Below, piece after piece: positions 44,526-59,200 of a stretch of DNA of 64,000 nt. The translations under genes were made by a program, and so were the position numbers. The notes beneath the pieces were generated by a model. It was not told the origin of the DNA. It worked only from the letters and a program-made list of their open reading frames with translations, and did not search any database. Origin of the DNA: a virus; the IMG/VR virus record IMGVR_UViG_3300025071_000006, positions 33,208-97,207 of that record; one strand, written 5' to 3'. The stretch's first letter is position 1. Every line of letters begins with the position of its first letter.

Positions 44526-47210
44526 ATGGCATCATATCTAGATAACATACCCAGCTTCAATGAATACGTAGAGCAACGTCCACAGGATGAAATGCTTAAG
44601 GTTGGTCTGTTCAAACAACAACGTTATGAAGAGGGCGTTCAAAGAATTCAAAAGAGCATTGATAATATTGCTGGATTGGATGTAGTTAGAGATGTAGATA
44701 AACAATATCTACAGTCTAAATTAAATTCTTTAGGATCACAACTTTCTGGTGTGGCAGGAGGAGACTTCTCAAACTTTCAACTTGTCAATACTGTAGATGG
44801 TATGACAAATCAATTAGTTAAAGATCCTAATATATTAAACGCTGTAGGGTCTGCAGCTAAATATAGAAAGCAACTAGAGAATCAAGAAAAGATTAATGTA
44901 GATGGCAAAGGTTCTCAATCCAACGATTGGGACTTTAATAGAAGGGTACAACAATGGTATGATGGAGGTCTTGATGCTTCCTTCAATGCACAATTTAAAC
45001 CTTATGTTGATTACAATGAACAAGCTATGAAAATAGTTAAAGCTCTTGCTTCTGATAGTGTTGAGAATGATGTCTACATGGGTAAAGATAAAAATGGAAG
45101 AACAGTAATATATGATGCAGTTACAAAAACTAAGGTAGAAGGTATAACTGCAGATAAAATACAAACTGCTTTAAGTGCTGGTCTTACATCAGATGCTTTT
45201 GCACAAATGGGTATAGATGGAGAGTTTCAGTATTCAAATCAAGATGATGAAATGTTTTCACAGAACGTTAATGAAAGTTATAGTTCTACTTTTAATGCAC
45301 TCTTGGAAGAAAGAACTAGTCTAGAAGGTTTAATGACTTCAGCATCTACTGCTCAAAAAAAGATACAGATTCAAAATCAAATAGATGCTTTAGATGCTCA
45401 AACTAATTTACTAAAAGAAGAATACGATAATGTATCTAGTACATTTACTAATGGAGATGTAGACAGTGCAAAAGCTAGACTATTTTCTACTAACTGGATG
45501 AGAGACTTTTCTAACTCTATGTCTAGTCAGAATGTTTCTCAAACTATACACACCAATCCTTATAAGACAGTACAATTAAAACAGATGCAGATGCAGCAAA
45601 CAGCTGCAATTGCTAATGCTAAATATCTACAGACAGAAAAATATAACAAATCAAGACTAGAAATAGAAAACGCTAAACTAAAGTTACTAAAGGATCCTTA
45701 TGGAGGAGTTTCTCAAAGCAATCCAGGAGAATTAAGTTCTGCAGAGATTATAGCCACAGCAGAAGTAAGTATTTCCGATGATGGTCAACTAGTAAAAAGA
45801 TTAAAATCAGATCTACTTACTAAATATAATTATACTGAGGCTCAGCTATTAGAGATGCAGAACAAGTTAAATACTACCCCTGCTGGATTAGCACCAGATA
45901 TTAGACAAGATCTAATTGAAATTCAAAAAATAGAAAGAAGAAAGGAAAGCAATGATAATCTACTTACGCAAATACGTAATGAGGCTGAATTGTTGAATCC
46001 AGATCTAACAGGTGATGGTGGGACGTTTACATTATCTAAATATAATTACACAAACGCTGAGGCTTCAGATCTTTATAAACAATTTGCATTAGACTATGTA
46101 GACAATATATATCAAGACAGTTTATTGTTGTTTTTTATGGTTCCTGGTTCGACTAATGAGATTACTGATGAGTCATACGCAAAAGCAAAAAAAGATTTAA
46201 CACCTAAAGAATTTAACTTGTTTAAATTGTTTTATACTGATGAGCAAGATGCAAATAATCCACTTGAATGGAATGATCCTTATGATACAAATTATTTTAA
46301 TCCTCAAGAGAAGAGAGATATAGATTCTAACATTCGAAGTTTTTATCTTAAGACTAGAGATGTTCTGGAAGAATTAGATGAAAAAAGAAATGAATATATA
46401 AGTGATGAGCTTGCAAAAACTACTCTTGTTCCTCAAGCTGTATCTTATCAAATTCCTTTAACTAATACTGCAGAGAAGGCATCCTTTGCTTCAGCGTTGT
46501 TAGGAATAGCAAATGATAGAGAAAGTCTTGATGAAGACCTTGCAGACGAGATACGTACAATAGCAAATGATATTACTATTGCTAATCTTATTACACAAAG
46601 TCAAGAGGGTGGAGATTATCAACTTACTATAGTTGGAGATACAGGACTGGGTAGTAATCCTAATACAAAAACTATTTCTCTTAGTGAAGCACAATACGAA
46701 GAATTATTTCAAGGTAGGTTTGATAAAAGTCCTCAGATACAATTCTTTGATGATAACTATCTTGGCCCTATGTTAAATACTATACCGCCATTAATAAGAG
46801 ACGATAGTTCACCAAGTGGGTGGAGGAAAAATTCTCAAAGATTTTGGACTACTGCTAAAGATGGTCAGTATACAACAACTTTAGAAAATGCTGGACTATC
46901 AGGACAAGCTGACTTTCCTAACACTCAATACTATAACGTTAGTGGAAATCTTGTAAGTGAGACTAATCCTAAGTCATTAGAAACTACATATAGATTAATA
47001 TTAAATATATATGATCCAGTTATTGATGAGTATATCGTCAACTTGATGCCAAATATGATAATAAGAAAAGAGCAAGTAGGTCCTACTTTACAAACCATAA
47101 CTGATGAAGTAATATATCAAATTCTTAATGGAGCTGACGCACAGTTTACTAATGAAAAATTCAACGAATTAAAAAAAGCAGCAGAAGGTAATCAGAACGG
47201 AACTAACTAA
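44526..47210 (+). CDS. Virion cargo protein, probable RNAP-associated ejection protein, 894 aa
   Basis: Large helical ORF immediately upstream of the vRNAP gene; role inferred from crAss-like synteny. Confidence 0.55.
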   Translation: MASYLDNIPSFNEYVEQRPQDEMLKVGLFKQQRYEEGVQRIQKSIDNIAGLDVVRDVDKQYLQSKLNSLGSQLSGVAGGDFSNFQLVNTVDGMTNQLVKDPNILNAVGSAAKYRKQLENQEKINVDGKGSQSNDWDFNRRVQQWYDGGLDASFNAQFKPYVDYNEQAMKIVKALASDSVENDVYMGKDKNGRTVIYDAVTKTKVEGITADKIQTALSAGLTSDAFAQMGIDGEFQYSNQDDEMFSQNVNESYSSTFNALLEERTSLEGLMTSASTAQKKIQIQNQIDALDAQTNLLKEEYDNVSSTFTNGDVDSAKARLFSTNWMRDFSNSMSSQNVSQTIHTNPYKTVQLKQMQMQQTAAIANAKYLQTEKYNKSRLEIENAKLKLLKDPYGGVSQSNPGELSSAEIIATAEVSISDDGQLVKRLKSDLLTKYNYTEAQLLEMQNKLNTTPAGLAPDIRQDLIEIQKIERRKESNDNLLTQIRNEAELLNPDLTGDGGTFTLSKYNYTNAEASDLYKQFALDYVDNIYQDSLLLFFMVPGSTNEITDESYAKAKKDLTPKEFNLFKLFYTDEQDANNPLEWNDPYDTNYFNPQEKRDIDSNIRSFYLKTRDVLEELDEKRNEYISDELAKTTLVPQAVSYQIPLTNTAEKASFASALLGIANDRESLDEDLADEIRTIANDITIANLITQSQEGGDYQLTIVGDTGLGSNPNTKTISLSEAQYEELFQGRFDKSPQIQFFDDNYLGPMLNTIPPLIRDDSSPSGWRKNSQRFWTTAKDGQYTTTLENAGLSGQADFPNTQYYNVSGNLVSETNPKSLETTYRLILNIYDPVIDEYIVNLMPNMIIRKEQVGPTLQTITDEVIYQILNGADAQFTNEKFNELKKAAEGNQNGTN

Positions 47211-47217
47211 GAATAGT

Positions 47218-50200
47218 ATGTCAAAAGAAATAAAGAAAGCACAAACAGGTATAACTCTACCACCTATGGCAACTGTTCCTAACAGTCCTTCAGGTAGACC
47301 TTTGTCTAGTGGGTATACACCACCAGGACTTCCTGGCCCTATGCCCAATATAGCTACACGACCTAACCTAGGAGTAGCTAGTTCCAATAGAAATAAACCT
47401 ACTGCTCTACAGTCTTTAATAAGAAATGCTGGAACTCCTGGAAATATAGGAAAGGGATCTAGAAACACAACAGCAGATGAGTACGAAGGATCTGATAGAT
47501 ATGATTATTTTCAACCAACATCAATGGGAGTTGATAATGAGAATCTAGCTGGACTATATCAATCATTTGGAAGTAAAGCGGTGAATGGTGTGGGTAAAGG
47601 TCTTATCCTTACAGGTACAACATTCTTACAAGGTACTGTAGGATTAGTAAATGGTGTATATCAAGCAGTCAATGATGGTAAGTTTTCGTCTTTCTATGAT
47701 AATGAATTTAATAGAGGATTAGATGAAATCAATAAGTGGTCTGAAGATGCTATGCCAAACTATTATACTACAGCAGAAAGTAATGCTAGTTGGTATTCTC
47801 CTAAATATTGGGCTACAGGAAATTTTGTATTTGATGGTGTAATTAAGAATCTTGGATTTGCAGCTGGTGCTTATCTTACAGGTGGTGCATACACTAGTGC
47901 GTTAAAAGCACTTCCAGGAACCTCTAGATTATTTTCTATGGGTAAGGCAGCAGAAACTTTAGCTGCTACAGAAAAAGGATTAAGTGCAGCAAATAAAGGA
48001 GCTGGTGTATATGGTGAAGTGAAAGCTTTATCAGATAGTTTCTTAACACAATATAACTTACTTAACCCAGCAGGAAGAGCTGTGGTAGCAGGATTATCTA
48101 CAACTGGTGAAGCAGGAATTGAAGCTCTTCATAACAGTAATGAGTTTAGACAAGAACTTATAGATGAATTTAAAGCAGAGTTTGGAGTGATACCTTCAGG
48201 TGCTGCTATGGAAAATATAAACGCAGCTGTAGAAGGAGCAGGTAATTCTTCTTTCTATGCTAATGTAGGAATACTAGCTGCAAGTAACTATATTATGTTT
48301 CCACGTATTGCACGTTCTGGATACAAAGCAAGTAAACGAAACATTAATGGATTAGTAAGAGAGATAGATGATCTTGCATATGAGGGAGGAAAGTATGCAG
48401 GAAAGACATCTAAGTTACATCCTATACTACGTACTCTAAACAATATTAGACCTTACACATTTACTGTTTCAGAAGCAGTAGAGGAAGTTTCACAGTATGG
48501 AACTAGTGTAGGAACACAAGATTATTATAATAAGCAATATAATAACGAAGCAACTAGTTGGTTAACATCTATAGGTGTAGGTTTAACTAAAGGTGTCTTT
48601 AGTGATGAAGGTGCAAAGAATGCAATGATTGGTGGATTCTCTGGTGGTATAATGACTGGACGAGGTAGATATAGAAGAAATAAACAAAGAGCAGCAGATA
48701 CAGCACAAGCTATAGAGCTACTAAATGATTTTCAACTCTCTGATTTTACAAAAGAAAGTATATATTCTAACAATAGAGCTGGTGTTCTAGGAGAAGAATT
48801 AGAACAAGCTGCTGAAAGAGGTGATGCTCTATCATATAAAAACTTAGAAAGCCAATACATAATTAATTACCTTACTCCTAGAGTAAAGTATGGTAGGTTT
48901 GATTTAGTTCTGCAAGATATAGCAGACATGAAAAAGCTTGCTTCTACTGAACAAGGTTTTGCTCAATTACAAGCAGAAGGAAAGGTACAAGATGGAGATA
49001 CTAAAGAGGCTTTTATTGCAAGATTAGAAAACTTCAAACAAACAGGTAAAGATGTACAGAGTCTGTACCAATCTTTAGAACTTAGATATGGAGGAATTAC
49101 TGAAAAGGGACCTGATGGAAAACAATACCGTGTTTATGGTCCAGATGTAATAAACAAAATGATATATGCAGCTTCTACAATTGCAGATGCAGATAATCGT
49201 ATACCTCAATTAACATCTGATATACAAGCAGCTGTTCCTACTTTAGATATACAACAAATATTACAAGATATACTACGTGGAGAAACTGAAAGTTTTAATA
49301 ATGCTGTAGACACTATATCAAATCTAGACGTACTGTCTGACATAAAAGATGAGTTAGGAGAAAAGCTAAATGATGCAGCTGCCCTAATTAAGATTAGAGA
49401 GCTAATGCTACAGGAGTATGAGCTTATAAAAACTAAACCTAAAAACTTTCAAGAGAAGCCATTAAGTCAACAAGATGGTTTTAAAACCTACGAGGAACTA
49501 TTAGAAGATGATGCCAATACTTTTGTAGTTAAAACTAAGAAGGGAGAACAGTCATTACAAATAGGACAAGAGTATTTTGTAGGACAAGGTGTAAACTTTG
49601 AAGGGGAAACACCTCTTGGTGAACCAGTAGTAATAAGTAGTTTTGTTCCAGTAGGACAGAATGAAGATGGAACTATTCAGATCAAAGATCAGTCTGGTCA
49701 GGTAAGGGATATATCACCAGATGTTTTATTAGATTATAATGTAGGTAGAAAATCTACATTAGTTAATAACAACACAGCTAACTTCTATTACAAAAATAGA
49801 GATAAAATATTTGAATTTAACTTTGGTAAAAACAAAGGAGGCAAAAGAAAAGGAAGACTTATGTATGATAATGGGAAACTGTTTTTTGTATATAAAGATT
49901 CTAATGGTACAATTGTTAAAAAATACGTACCTAATAAGTTGTTTACAGCACAGCGTGGATTCGATCAAGCAATAATTGAACCAGTAGGAACAGTTACTGC
50001 TGAACAACAAGATGCTGCAAATCAGTTTCTTAGTCCAGAGGAGTTAGCAAAGAATGAACAAACTCTTCAGTCAAATAGAGAGGATAGACTTAAGGTAATG
50101 AATGACTTAGGCGTAGAGTCTAAGAGAAGATTAGAGGAGATAAATAAACAGTTAGAGAAGGACAGAAAGAAACTAGCTATCATTAAGAAAGATCTTGAGT

Positions 50201-53200
50201 CTATCTATACAATGAAAGAGGGAGGTTCTAGAATAAAACTAACATATTCTAAGGCACAAAAGAATTTTACTAGAGCTATAAATAACTATACTTCTATGCA
50301 GCAGGATACGCAAGATCGTATCACAGAGTTAGAAAGAGAACAAGAAGAGCTTGATTTAAACATTTCATACTTTGAAGCATTTGAAGTAGATCTATTAGAC
50401 ATACCAGGAAACACTGGGGAGTTTTTAAAAGAATTAAAGGATCAACTATCTTTACTAGAACAAAATGGTAAAGCTGTAAACAACGAAATAAAAGCTAACA
50501 ACAAATTACTAGACTCTATTACGAAAGCTGCTAAGAAAGCAGCTAAACTACTTAAGAGTGCTTTAGAAACTACATATGTATATGATGAAGACTATGGTGA
50601 TTACTTAAGAGATCTTTTAGAAAAAGCTGCTACTGGTGAAGACTTACTAACTACATGGCCTTTATTAAAACAAGAACTAGCTAACTTTAATCTTACTAAT
50701 GACATACAAAAGGAAACTAATATTTCTGAGAGAGGTGTGTTTGATGCATTGGAAAGTCTTAAAGAATTAGAAGCTACATTAGAGAGCTTAAGAGGAGAGT
50801 ATAAAGCTAAGAAAGCTATTGTAGATAGATTCCAAAGAGTAATGGATGAGTATGCTGCAGAACAACAAGCTCAAGATAAGATTGCTAATGACACTAAGTT
50901 GATAGCAGACTTAAATCAAACTGCAAGTACTAGTCCTGTAACAGATGCAGAACCAAAAACATTTGATCCTATTTCTAAAAAGTCTAATGCAATAGTACCA
51001 AGAGCTAGTATAGGTGAACCTCTAGGTCCAATACAGGATCATCATATTAGAGCTAATAGGTTTGGAGTAAACTTAAATAGGTTTGCGAATAGAAAGAATA
51101 TTCGTGCTGTATATGTAACACTTAAGACCCAAGATCAAAAGCTGGATGGTGTTGTACAAAGAATACTTGACAATGGTAGTCCAGAACTTATGGAAAAGTT
51201 TGGAGATTCTATTATTATTATGGTGATGGTAGATACAGCTGGTAACTTAGTAGGAGTTGATGGTCAACCTATACCCAACACTAAGAATCAACTAGACAAT
51301 GCTATCTATCAAACTATACCTGAAGCATCTCTTGCAAACAGTGAAGGTAGTATGTTTAGAGTAGAGGATAGCGAAACAGCTGCAATTAAAAAACAGTTTG
51401 GTATCTTTAGAAAAGGTATTCTAGACAGAACTACGATAGATGCACCTTTTCAAATAGAAGCATCTTTTGGTATACCTCAATATGAAAAAGACTCTAAAGA
51501 AAATAAGGTCTTAGGAAATACATCTGTAGTAGAAGCAGACTTAATTAGTGAAACAGATTTATCTAAAACTAATGTAATATTTATTCCTACAACCAACCAG
51601 AATATATTTAAAGGTACAGTTGCATACTCTCAACCTTTTGGTAGTGTGTTTTTAGATCTACCTAATGGATATGTTAAACTAAGAAATAGAAAACATACTA
51701 CACAAGAAGCAGAAGCTATATATGATGCTTTATATGCAGTGTCTAAAGAATTAGTAGATGAAGATAAAGGAGCAACTAGTGATGAATCTGTAAGACTGTT
51801 TAACTTTTTACAAGGTGTAACTTACTGGGGTATACCAAAAGATGCTAATGGTAATACAAAAACAGCAGGACAAAACAGTGTATTCTTTAAAAGAGAAGTT
51901 TCCGAATCAATACAAGGATTAGATTTTACTAGACTTATGTTAACGTTAGGAACCTCTGTAAATAATATAGAATTTAACCCTGCGTCTATATCAAAGAATA
52001 AAGAATTTATTATTGAGACCTTAGGTCAAATGTATAATAACATTGACAATTCTAAGCTACAAAATATAGATCAATCCTTTGAGCAAATAACAAAGGTACT
52101 TGATGATGGTACTGTAGAGTCAATAGTATGGCCTAACTACCAAACTTATCTACTATCTAAGAATATACCAGGAGGAGGTACAAGACAGGACTTCCAACTT
52201 CCTTTACATACTACAATGAAACCTGTAGTAGAGGGTAGTGATGAAGTTAATAGAAAGGGTGTATACTTTGTAAATGAAGATAGTGCTGAAGATTTTATAT
52301 CTGAAGTAGTGCCAACAAGAGTTGAAGTTATAAGAAAAAGTAAAGCACCAGCTGCACCAGAACCACAAACTAGTGAGGTTAAAGTTGTATTTGATAATAA
52401 AACAAACAATACCTTTACCAGTGTTGAAGGTAACAAGATTTTGTTTAAAGTTTCTCCAAATGTTACTCGTGAAAACTATGAGGAAGAGGGGCAGATAACT
52501 GTTATAAAGAATGATGACTTAGAACAATTAATTGCAGAAATATCCAAAGCATATCCAAATAAAACGGAGAGAGAAATACAAGAAAAAAAGCTAAAGCTAA
52601 ATATAAAGAATAGCATCTTTAATTTTATAGGAGCTGAGTTAGCTAGATTAAATGCACAAAACGCACAGACAGAAATATCTGTAACTCCTGAGATGCTAGC
52701 TAAGATTAAAGCTAAAAGAGAAGAAACAGGTAAACCTCCTGTAAGTGATTCAGTTAAGGAAGCATTAGAGCGTGGTCAGAACAACATGAACAATGAAGTT
52801 CTACGTGAGGTTATTACTAAGAGTGTAGAGAAAATGGGTCCTGAGAATTGGAAAGATCTTCGTATCTGGATGGACAAAAACTTACCTCAAGTACCTTTAG
52901 TTAGAGTTAGAAATATAATTAGAGCAGGGGGAAAAACTGCATGGGGTATGTTTGATGATAATGCTATGTTTGTTTATAAGAATGCAGAAGTTGGTACAGC
53001 ATACCACGAAGCATTTGAAGCTGTTTATGCAATGTATTTAGACAGTAATGAGATAGCTCAACTTAATGAAGAGTTTAAAGCTCGTAGAGGAAGCTTTGTT
53101 GATAGACCAACAGGTACAACAGTTGAGTATAAAAATGCTACAGCAGATCAGATAAGAGAACAGTTAGCAGAAGAGTTTAGAGATTATATACAAGACCAGA

Positions 53201-56200
53201 AGAAGCCAAAAGGTAACTTCTTCACTAGACTGTTTAATGGATTAAAAAAGTTTATTGAAGGTTGGTTTGTAACTAATAGAACAGAAGAGTTATTTAAAAG
53301 AATTGACACTGGTGCCTTTGCTAAAGCACCTCTTGGTTATGTTGCAAAAAATTATGTTGCAAATTCTATAGTTCCTAATTCGGATGCTGTATTTAGAGTA
53401 GCAACAGGTCTTACTGATGTGCAATCACATGATACGATTGAGCACATGACATATCTTACATTAAGAAATATAATTGCAAATAATGAAAGTTTATTCTCAG
53501 TACCAGAACTTAATCAAACAGAGTTATATAATAGATTAAAAGGTGAGGTTCTTGCTTCTGTAGGGCAGGTGGCCCAACAGTATAAAAACATTCGTCCTCA
53601 GTTTGAAGAGTCAACTGGAGGTCAATTACAAGAAATAGATAATGCAATAGATAATACTGTAGACTTAATGCAAAAGATAGATGACTCATGGGTTGAGTTA
53701 ACTAAAAAGCATAAAGAATATATACGATCTTTTGGAATTACTTTTGATGAAGCTGATCAATTACAAATAGAAGAAGATAGATCTAACAAAGGGTATAATT
53801 CTGATGCTACAAAAATAGATAACTTTAAAAAGACTGGAGCAGCAGTAAGATTATTACTAGGTACTGTTCCAATAGTTACAGTTAATGAAAATGCAGATGT
53901 AAGATTTAGCCCTAGCACTATAAACGGTGTTAAGCTTCTTCCTATTACACAAACATATATTACTGTTTTAGAAAATGTTTCTAATGCTACTAGTATAGAG
54001 AACATGTTAGAGAAGCTAAGGAATGTAGCTCTTAGTGATCCTAACTACCTATCTTTATATAAACGTCTGAGTGGAAGAAGTGCTACTGAAGGTGCAGTTA
54101 GTCTTGATAATATTACTGAAAGACATCAGTTGACATTACTAGCAGCATTGTTTAAAACATTTAAGAAACAAGATCCTATTGTTAAATTAGTAACTGTATT
54201 AGAGAATGGAGAAACTTTAGTAACTGATGCTAACTTATCTACAGCATCTCGTCAGATGTCTCAACAGTATCTAAACTCTATTGTTACTACATCTAAAAAA
54301 GGTAGTGGAATATTTAAGCAAGTAGGTGAAGTGTTTAACCCAGACACTAGAAAACTATCTAAGTATCCTTTAAATACTTTGCAGAACATGTTTAATTTCT
54401 TAGGAGAATTAGGTATACCTTTTAATACAAAAGAGTATAATAACTTTGACTCAAGCCAAAAGAAAAGATTTGCATCAGCGGTTAATGGAATAAAGAAAAG
54501 TATTGAACAATCAAGAGATATTAAATTCTTTTCTACTAAAACATTAAACTTTGCTGGACAGATATTAAATTTAGCTACACTAAAAGTTCTAGCTACTAAC
54601 CCAGAAGCAAGCAGTACATACTTTAATATAGAGGGTGAGAGAGTTCAAACTTATATTGGAACTAATGCTGCATCTGAAGTACATAACTTTATGACATCTG
54701 TAGGAAATAAACAAGAACTAGGAGACACTCCTTATTCTTATTTATTAACTGATGTATTTGCACAAAACTCTACTATAATAGAAAGAGTATATGATGCAGA
54801 AGGTAACCTAAGAACAGATAAAGTAAATTTATTTAAGCCAGGTTATGCTGGAGGAGTTCTTAATGGAACAAAAGGTACTGCAAAGAAATCATCTCAGTTA
54901 CAATTTGCTGATAGACTAAGACAAGAATTAAATCTAAACATAAATGGTCAATACTTAAACCTTGTTCCTGGAGATTCTTCTTTAGAACATATGTTAGAAA
55001 TGGGTAATCCTATTACTGAACAGGACATAGTAAGTGGAAGTACAGTGTTTAATAGTGTGATGAGGGGTTATTTTATTTCTGAAGTAGAACTAGCTAGAGA
55101 AAAACGTGATATAGTTGAGATAGATAATAGACAAACATCTGATTTAAGATTCTTTAAAGAAATATTAGGAGAAGAATTACATGAAGAGATAAGACAAAAT
55201 GTTTTAGATCCTGCTTTAACATCAGAACAAGTATATGAAATTAGTGTAAATAAAATTATAGATGCTACTTCTTCTTATATGCAAAGAAATAAAAATCAAT
55301 ATGCTACTTTTTTATTAAAGTATTCAGTTGTAAAGCAAGCTGAAAATGAGCAATCAGGAGAACTTACAGATAGGTATACTGCACCAGGCGTAGAAGGTAT
55401 GACAAATATGACTATACAAGAAATGGACAGAAAGCTTATTGCACTACAGGCTAATTATGTCATTGCTAATATAGAAATGCATAAAATACTATATGGAGAT
55501 CCTTATGGATATAAAGATGAGCTTAAACGTACTAAAAGTTTCTTATCTCCTAGACAAGCTATGGTTAACAACTCTCCACAATGGAACAATAGAGCAAATG
55601 AAATATGGAATAGAGGATTAGAAATAGATACTGTAGGTCATACTGAGTTTACTAGAGATTACTTTCGAACTGTAACAGGAGGAGATGTAACAGGAGTAAT
55701 AGATATACCTAATTATAAAGCATATACAGAGACTGATGGTGGAGGAATAATTTCTATAAAAGCTTATCGTAACTTTAGAATTAGAACTGCAGACTGGAAT
55801 GATGCACAAGAGAATCAATATAGATATGATATAGCTTGGTACAAGCGTCATAAAAAATTAGAAGATGAACTATCAGAAGAAGAGAAAGCAATTTTAAAAC
55901 AAGGTAACCCTCAAGTACAGAGTACATACGTAACTCTTAAACCTATTGTTTCTGGTGCTAAACTAGATAAAGACGGTAGTGTATCTGCTAATAATAATGT
56001 AGTGCTAGATAAATATGCATTATATCCTCTTTCATACAGAGTGATGCATGAAATAAATCCTACATCTAATGCTCTTAAGTTATATGATAAGATGCAAAAA
56101 GAAGACATAGATTATCTGGTCTTTCAGTCTGGTAGAAAAGTAGGAGCAGAAGGTACACATAATACATATAATGATGATGGTGAGTTTAATAATGCAGAAT

Positions 56201-59200
56201 ATGAAAGTGTTATAAATATACCGTTTAATATTATGAGCCTGCAATCAGAAGTACCTTCTAAGGAAGATGGAAGAGTAACACGTGCAAGTCAAATTACTAA
56301 ACTTATAACTCTAGATTACTTAGAGAATGGTATGCCTATAGATTACAAAGGTACACTTGATCAGTGGTTAACTTTAACTGAAGAACAAAAACAAAAAGCA
56401 TCAACTATATATGCAGAGATTCAGAATAACACAAAGCTCTTAGATGAGATGACCAAGGAAGGTCTTAATGTTATGATGAAAAAACTTGGTATTACCAAAG
56501 TAGGTAATGCATATAAAGTTACTGATTTGACTCCAGCTGCTAAAACATTACGTGAGGAGTTATTTAAAAGAGAGACTAATGATAATATAAGTGATGCTCT
56601 AGATGGATTCTTAATAGGAGACGCAGTTCTAGAAGCTACTCCTGCATATAATCAGATTAGAAATATATTATATTCTATAGTACAGAAAAGTATTGTACGT
56701 CCTAAGATAAACGGTGGACAGAAAGTGCAGATACCTTCAGCATTATTTGAGTCTACTCGTACAGAAAAAACCACTATTAATGGTAAGAAAGGATATACAT
56801 CTGATGTATTAGGTTTTTATAGTTTAACAAAAGATGGAAAAGAAGTTAAGTTTTTAAAAGATAATAAAAACGGAACTTTTAAAGTGCTAACAGAAGAAGG
56901 AAAAGAAGTTAATATTCCTGCTAGTGATTTGAAAACAACCACAATGGAAGTTATGGTGGGTCGTTGGTTTGGTAGTAGCTTATCTGATGAGGCACTTCTA
57001 GAATACCTAAACAACACTGAGGAAGGTCAAAAGATATTACGTGGTGTAGCTTTCCGTATACCTACACAGAAACAAAACTCTATAGATGCTATAAGAATAA
57101 AACAATTCTTACCTAAAGAGTTTGGAGATAATGTTGTAGTTCCTGCAGCAATAGTTGAGAAGGTGGGATCGGATTTTGATATTGATAAACTTTTCATGTA
57201 TCTTAAAAATGTAACATACATTAATAATGAGTTACAGTTAATTCCATTTTATGGATATGGTGAACAATCCAAGAAAAGATTTGGAGAGTTATTTGATGCA
57301 GGTTCACTTCTTAATAAAGCTCAGCAAAAAGAATTACAAGCTCAAATAGATTTGTTTGAATCTGGGCAATTAGAAACATTGGGAGAAACTTTTTTAGATA
57401 CTGAAAGAAAAAAGAAAGAACAAGATGAAGGTAGTTTGATAGAAGCTATATTCGGACAAACCTTTGACAATCAGGATGTTATTGATGATTACATATTAGA
57501 ACTTAAAGACAAAGGTATACGTCAGACTGTAATAGATAGAATGTATATGAGATCTTTAGAGAATGAATTTATTCAGTCTACAGAGAATCTTATAACCTTT
57601 CCAGAAAACTATGAAAGATTAACTGTTCCAAATGACGCTAGTCAATTAGAAGAATTATCTAAAGAGATTGTAGACAAGACAAAAGAATCAGCATTTAACT
57701 ATCGTAATGTTGGTAACCTGCTAAATAGAAGATTTATGGCTAGGTTACGTAATGCTTTTGTACAAGGTAAAAGAGGTATTAGTATTGCTGCAGTGAATCA
57801 AACTAACTTGGCACTTAACCAGCATTCTCCAGTATTTGTAGAACTAGATAGTATAAAGTTTAGAAGAAAAAATACTGTAAACATACCTGATAACGGTGAG
57901 ATGATAAGTCTTTCTGGTATCAAAAATAAAGCTGGAGATTATATATCAGACATACTTGGACAAGTGATAGATGGTATGGTAGATATAGCAGCAGGTCCAT
58001 GGGTTATAGAGTTAGGAATTACACCTACTACAGCTTCTACATGGTTGTACTTAGTTAAGGCTGGTGTACCAATAGATTCTGTAGCATACTTTATGAACCA
58101 ACCTATCATTGTTGACTATTTAAACAAGATAGAAGAGAGTGGTTACACATGGTTATTTATAGAGGACTTTGCTAATGAACTTAAAGAAAATAAATATGGC
58201 AGTCCAACCAACTTAACATCTGCTGAAAAAGAACTTCTTCCTGGTGTAGATGTATTACGTTCACAACTTGGTAAGACTAACTTTAGTAATAGAGATGCAG
58301 CATATCAAAGATTTATATTAGATGAGTTTGTAAACTATGCAAGGCAAGCTCAAGATTTATTTGAAGTAACACAAGGTACAAATTGGGATACCTCTACATT
58401 TAATGATCCTTATCTTATATTTAAAAAAGATCAGCAATATCAAAATGCATTAACTAAACCTATATCTAGTTATGTAGATGGAAGAGTAATACCAGCTGCT
58501 GAAGCTTTGATAGAAACCACTTTCTTAAAAGAAACTATATCATCTCTTCAAGAAGCAAGAGATGGTGTAGCTGAACTTCTTACATCAGACCAAGACACAA
58601 GTAGAACAGTGTTACAAAAAGTTTTACTTCCATATATTAATAGACCAGATAGAGAATTTATTAAAATCTCTAGAGCTGCAGTAAATAGTTTCTTTGATTA
58701 TGCAGTTCAGACAGATCAAGATCTGAACATGTTTCTTAAAGCATTGTTAGTAGACAAGAATGGAACAGCTTCTAAAATAGACAGCTTTGTTGAAAACGTA
58801 CTAGGGAATCCTAATCATCCTTTATATGAAAACCAAGTAGTACGACTATTGGAAAGTGACCCTAACAAACGTGTTGGAGATGTTGCTAATAATATAAAGC
58901 TAAGAAACAATGATAGAAAAGTTTATGAACAAAACTCTATCATATATAGTTTCCGTCAACTTAAAGATTATCTATCTGCTGATAGTAAACTATATGATCA
59001 AATTGTAATAACTTCTGTACTACAGTCAGGTTTAAATAATTCTCCTATATCATTTACATCTTTATTACCCTATGAAGACTTCCAAAAAATATACAATCAA
59101 ACGTTGTCTACCTTAGAAAAAAACCCTAACTTGAACGACTTCTATGAACTAGGTATGTTCGAGAGAAATAATTGGTCTCCTGGAAGTGGAATTGTTCCAT

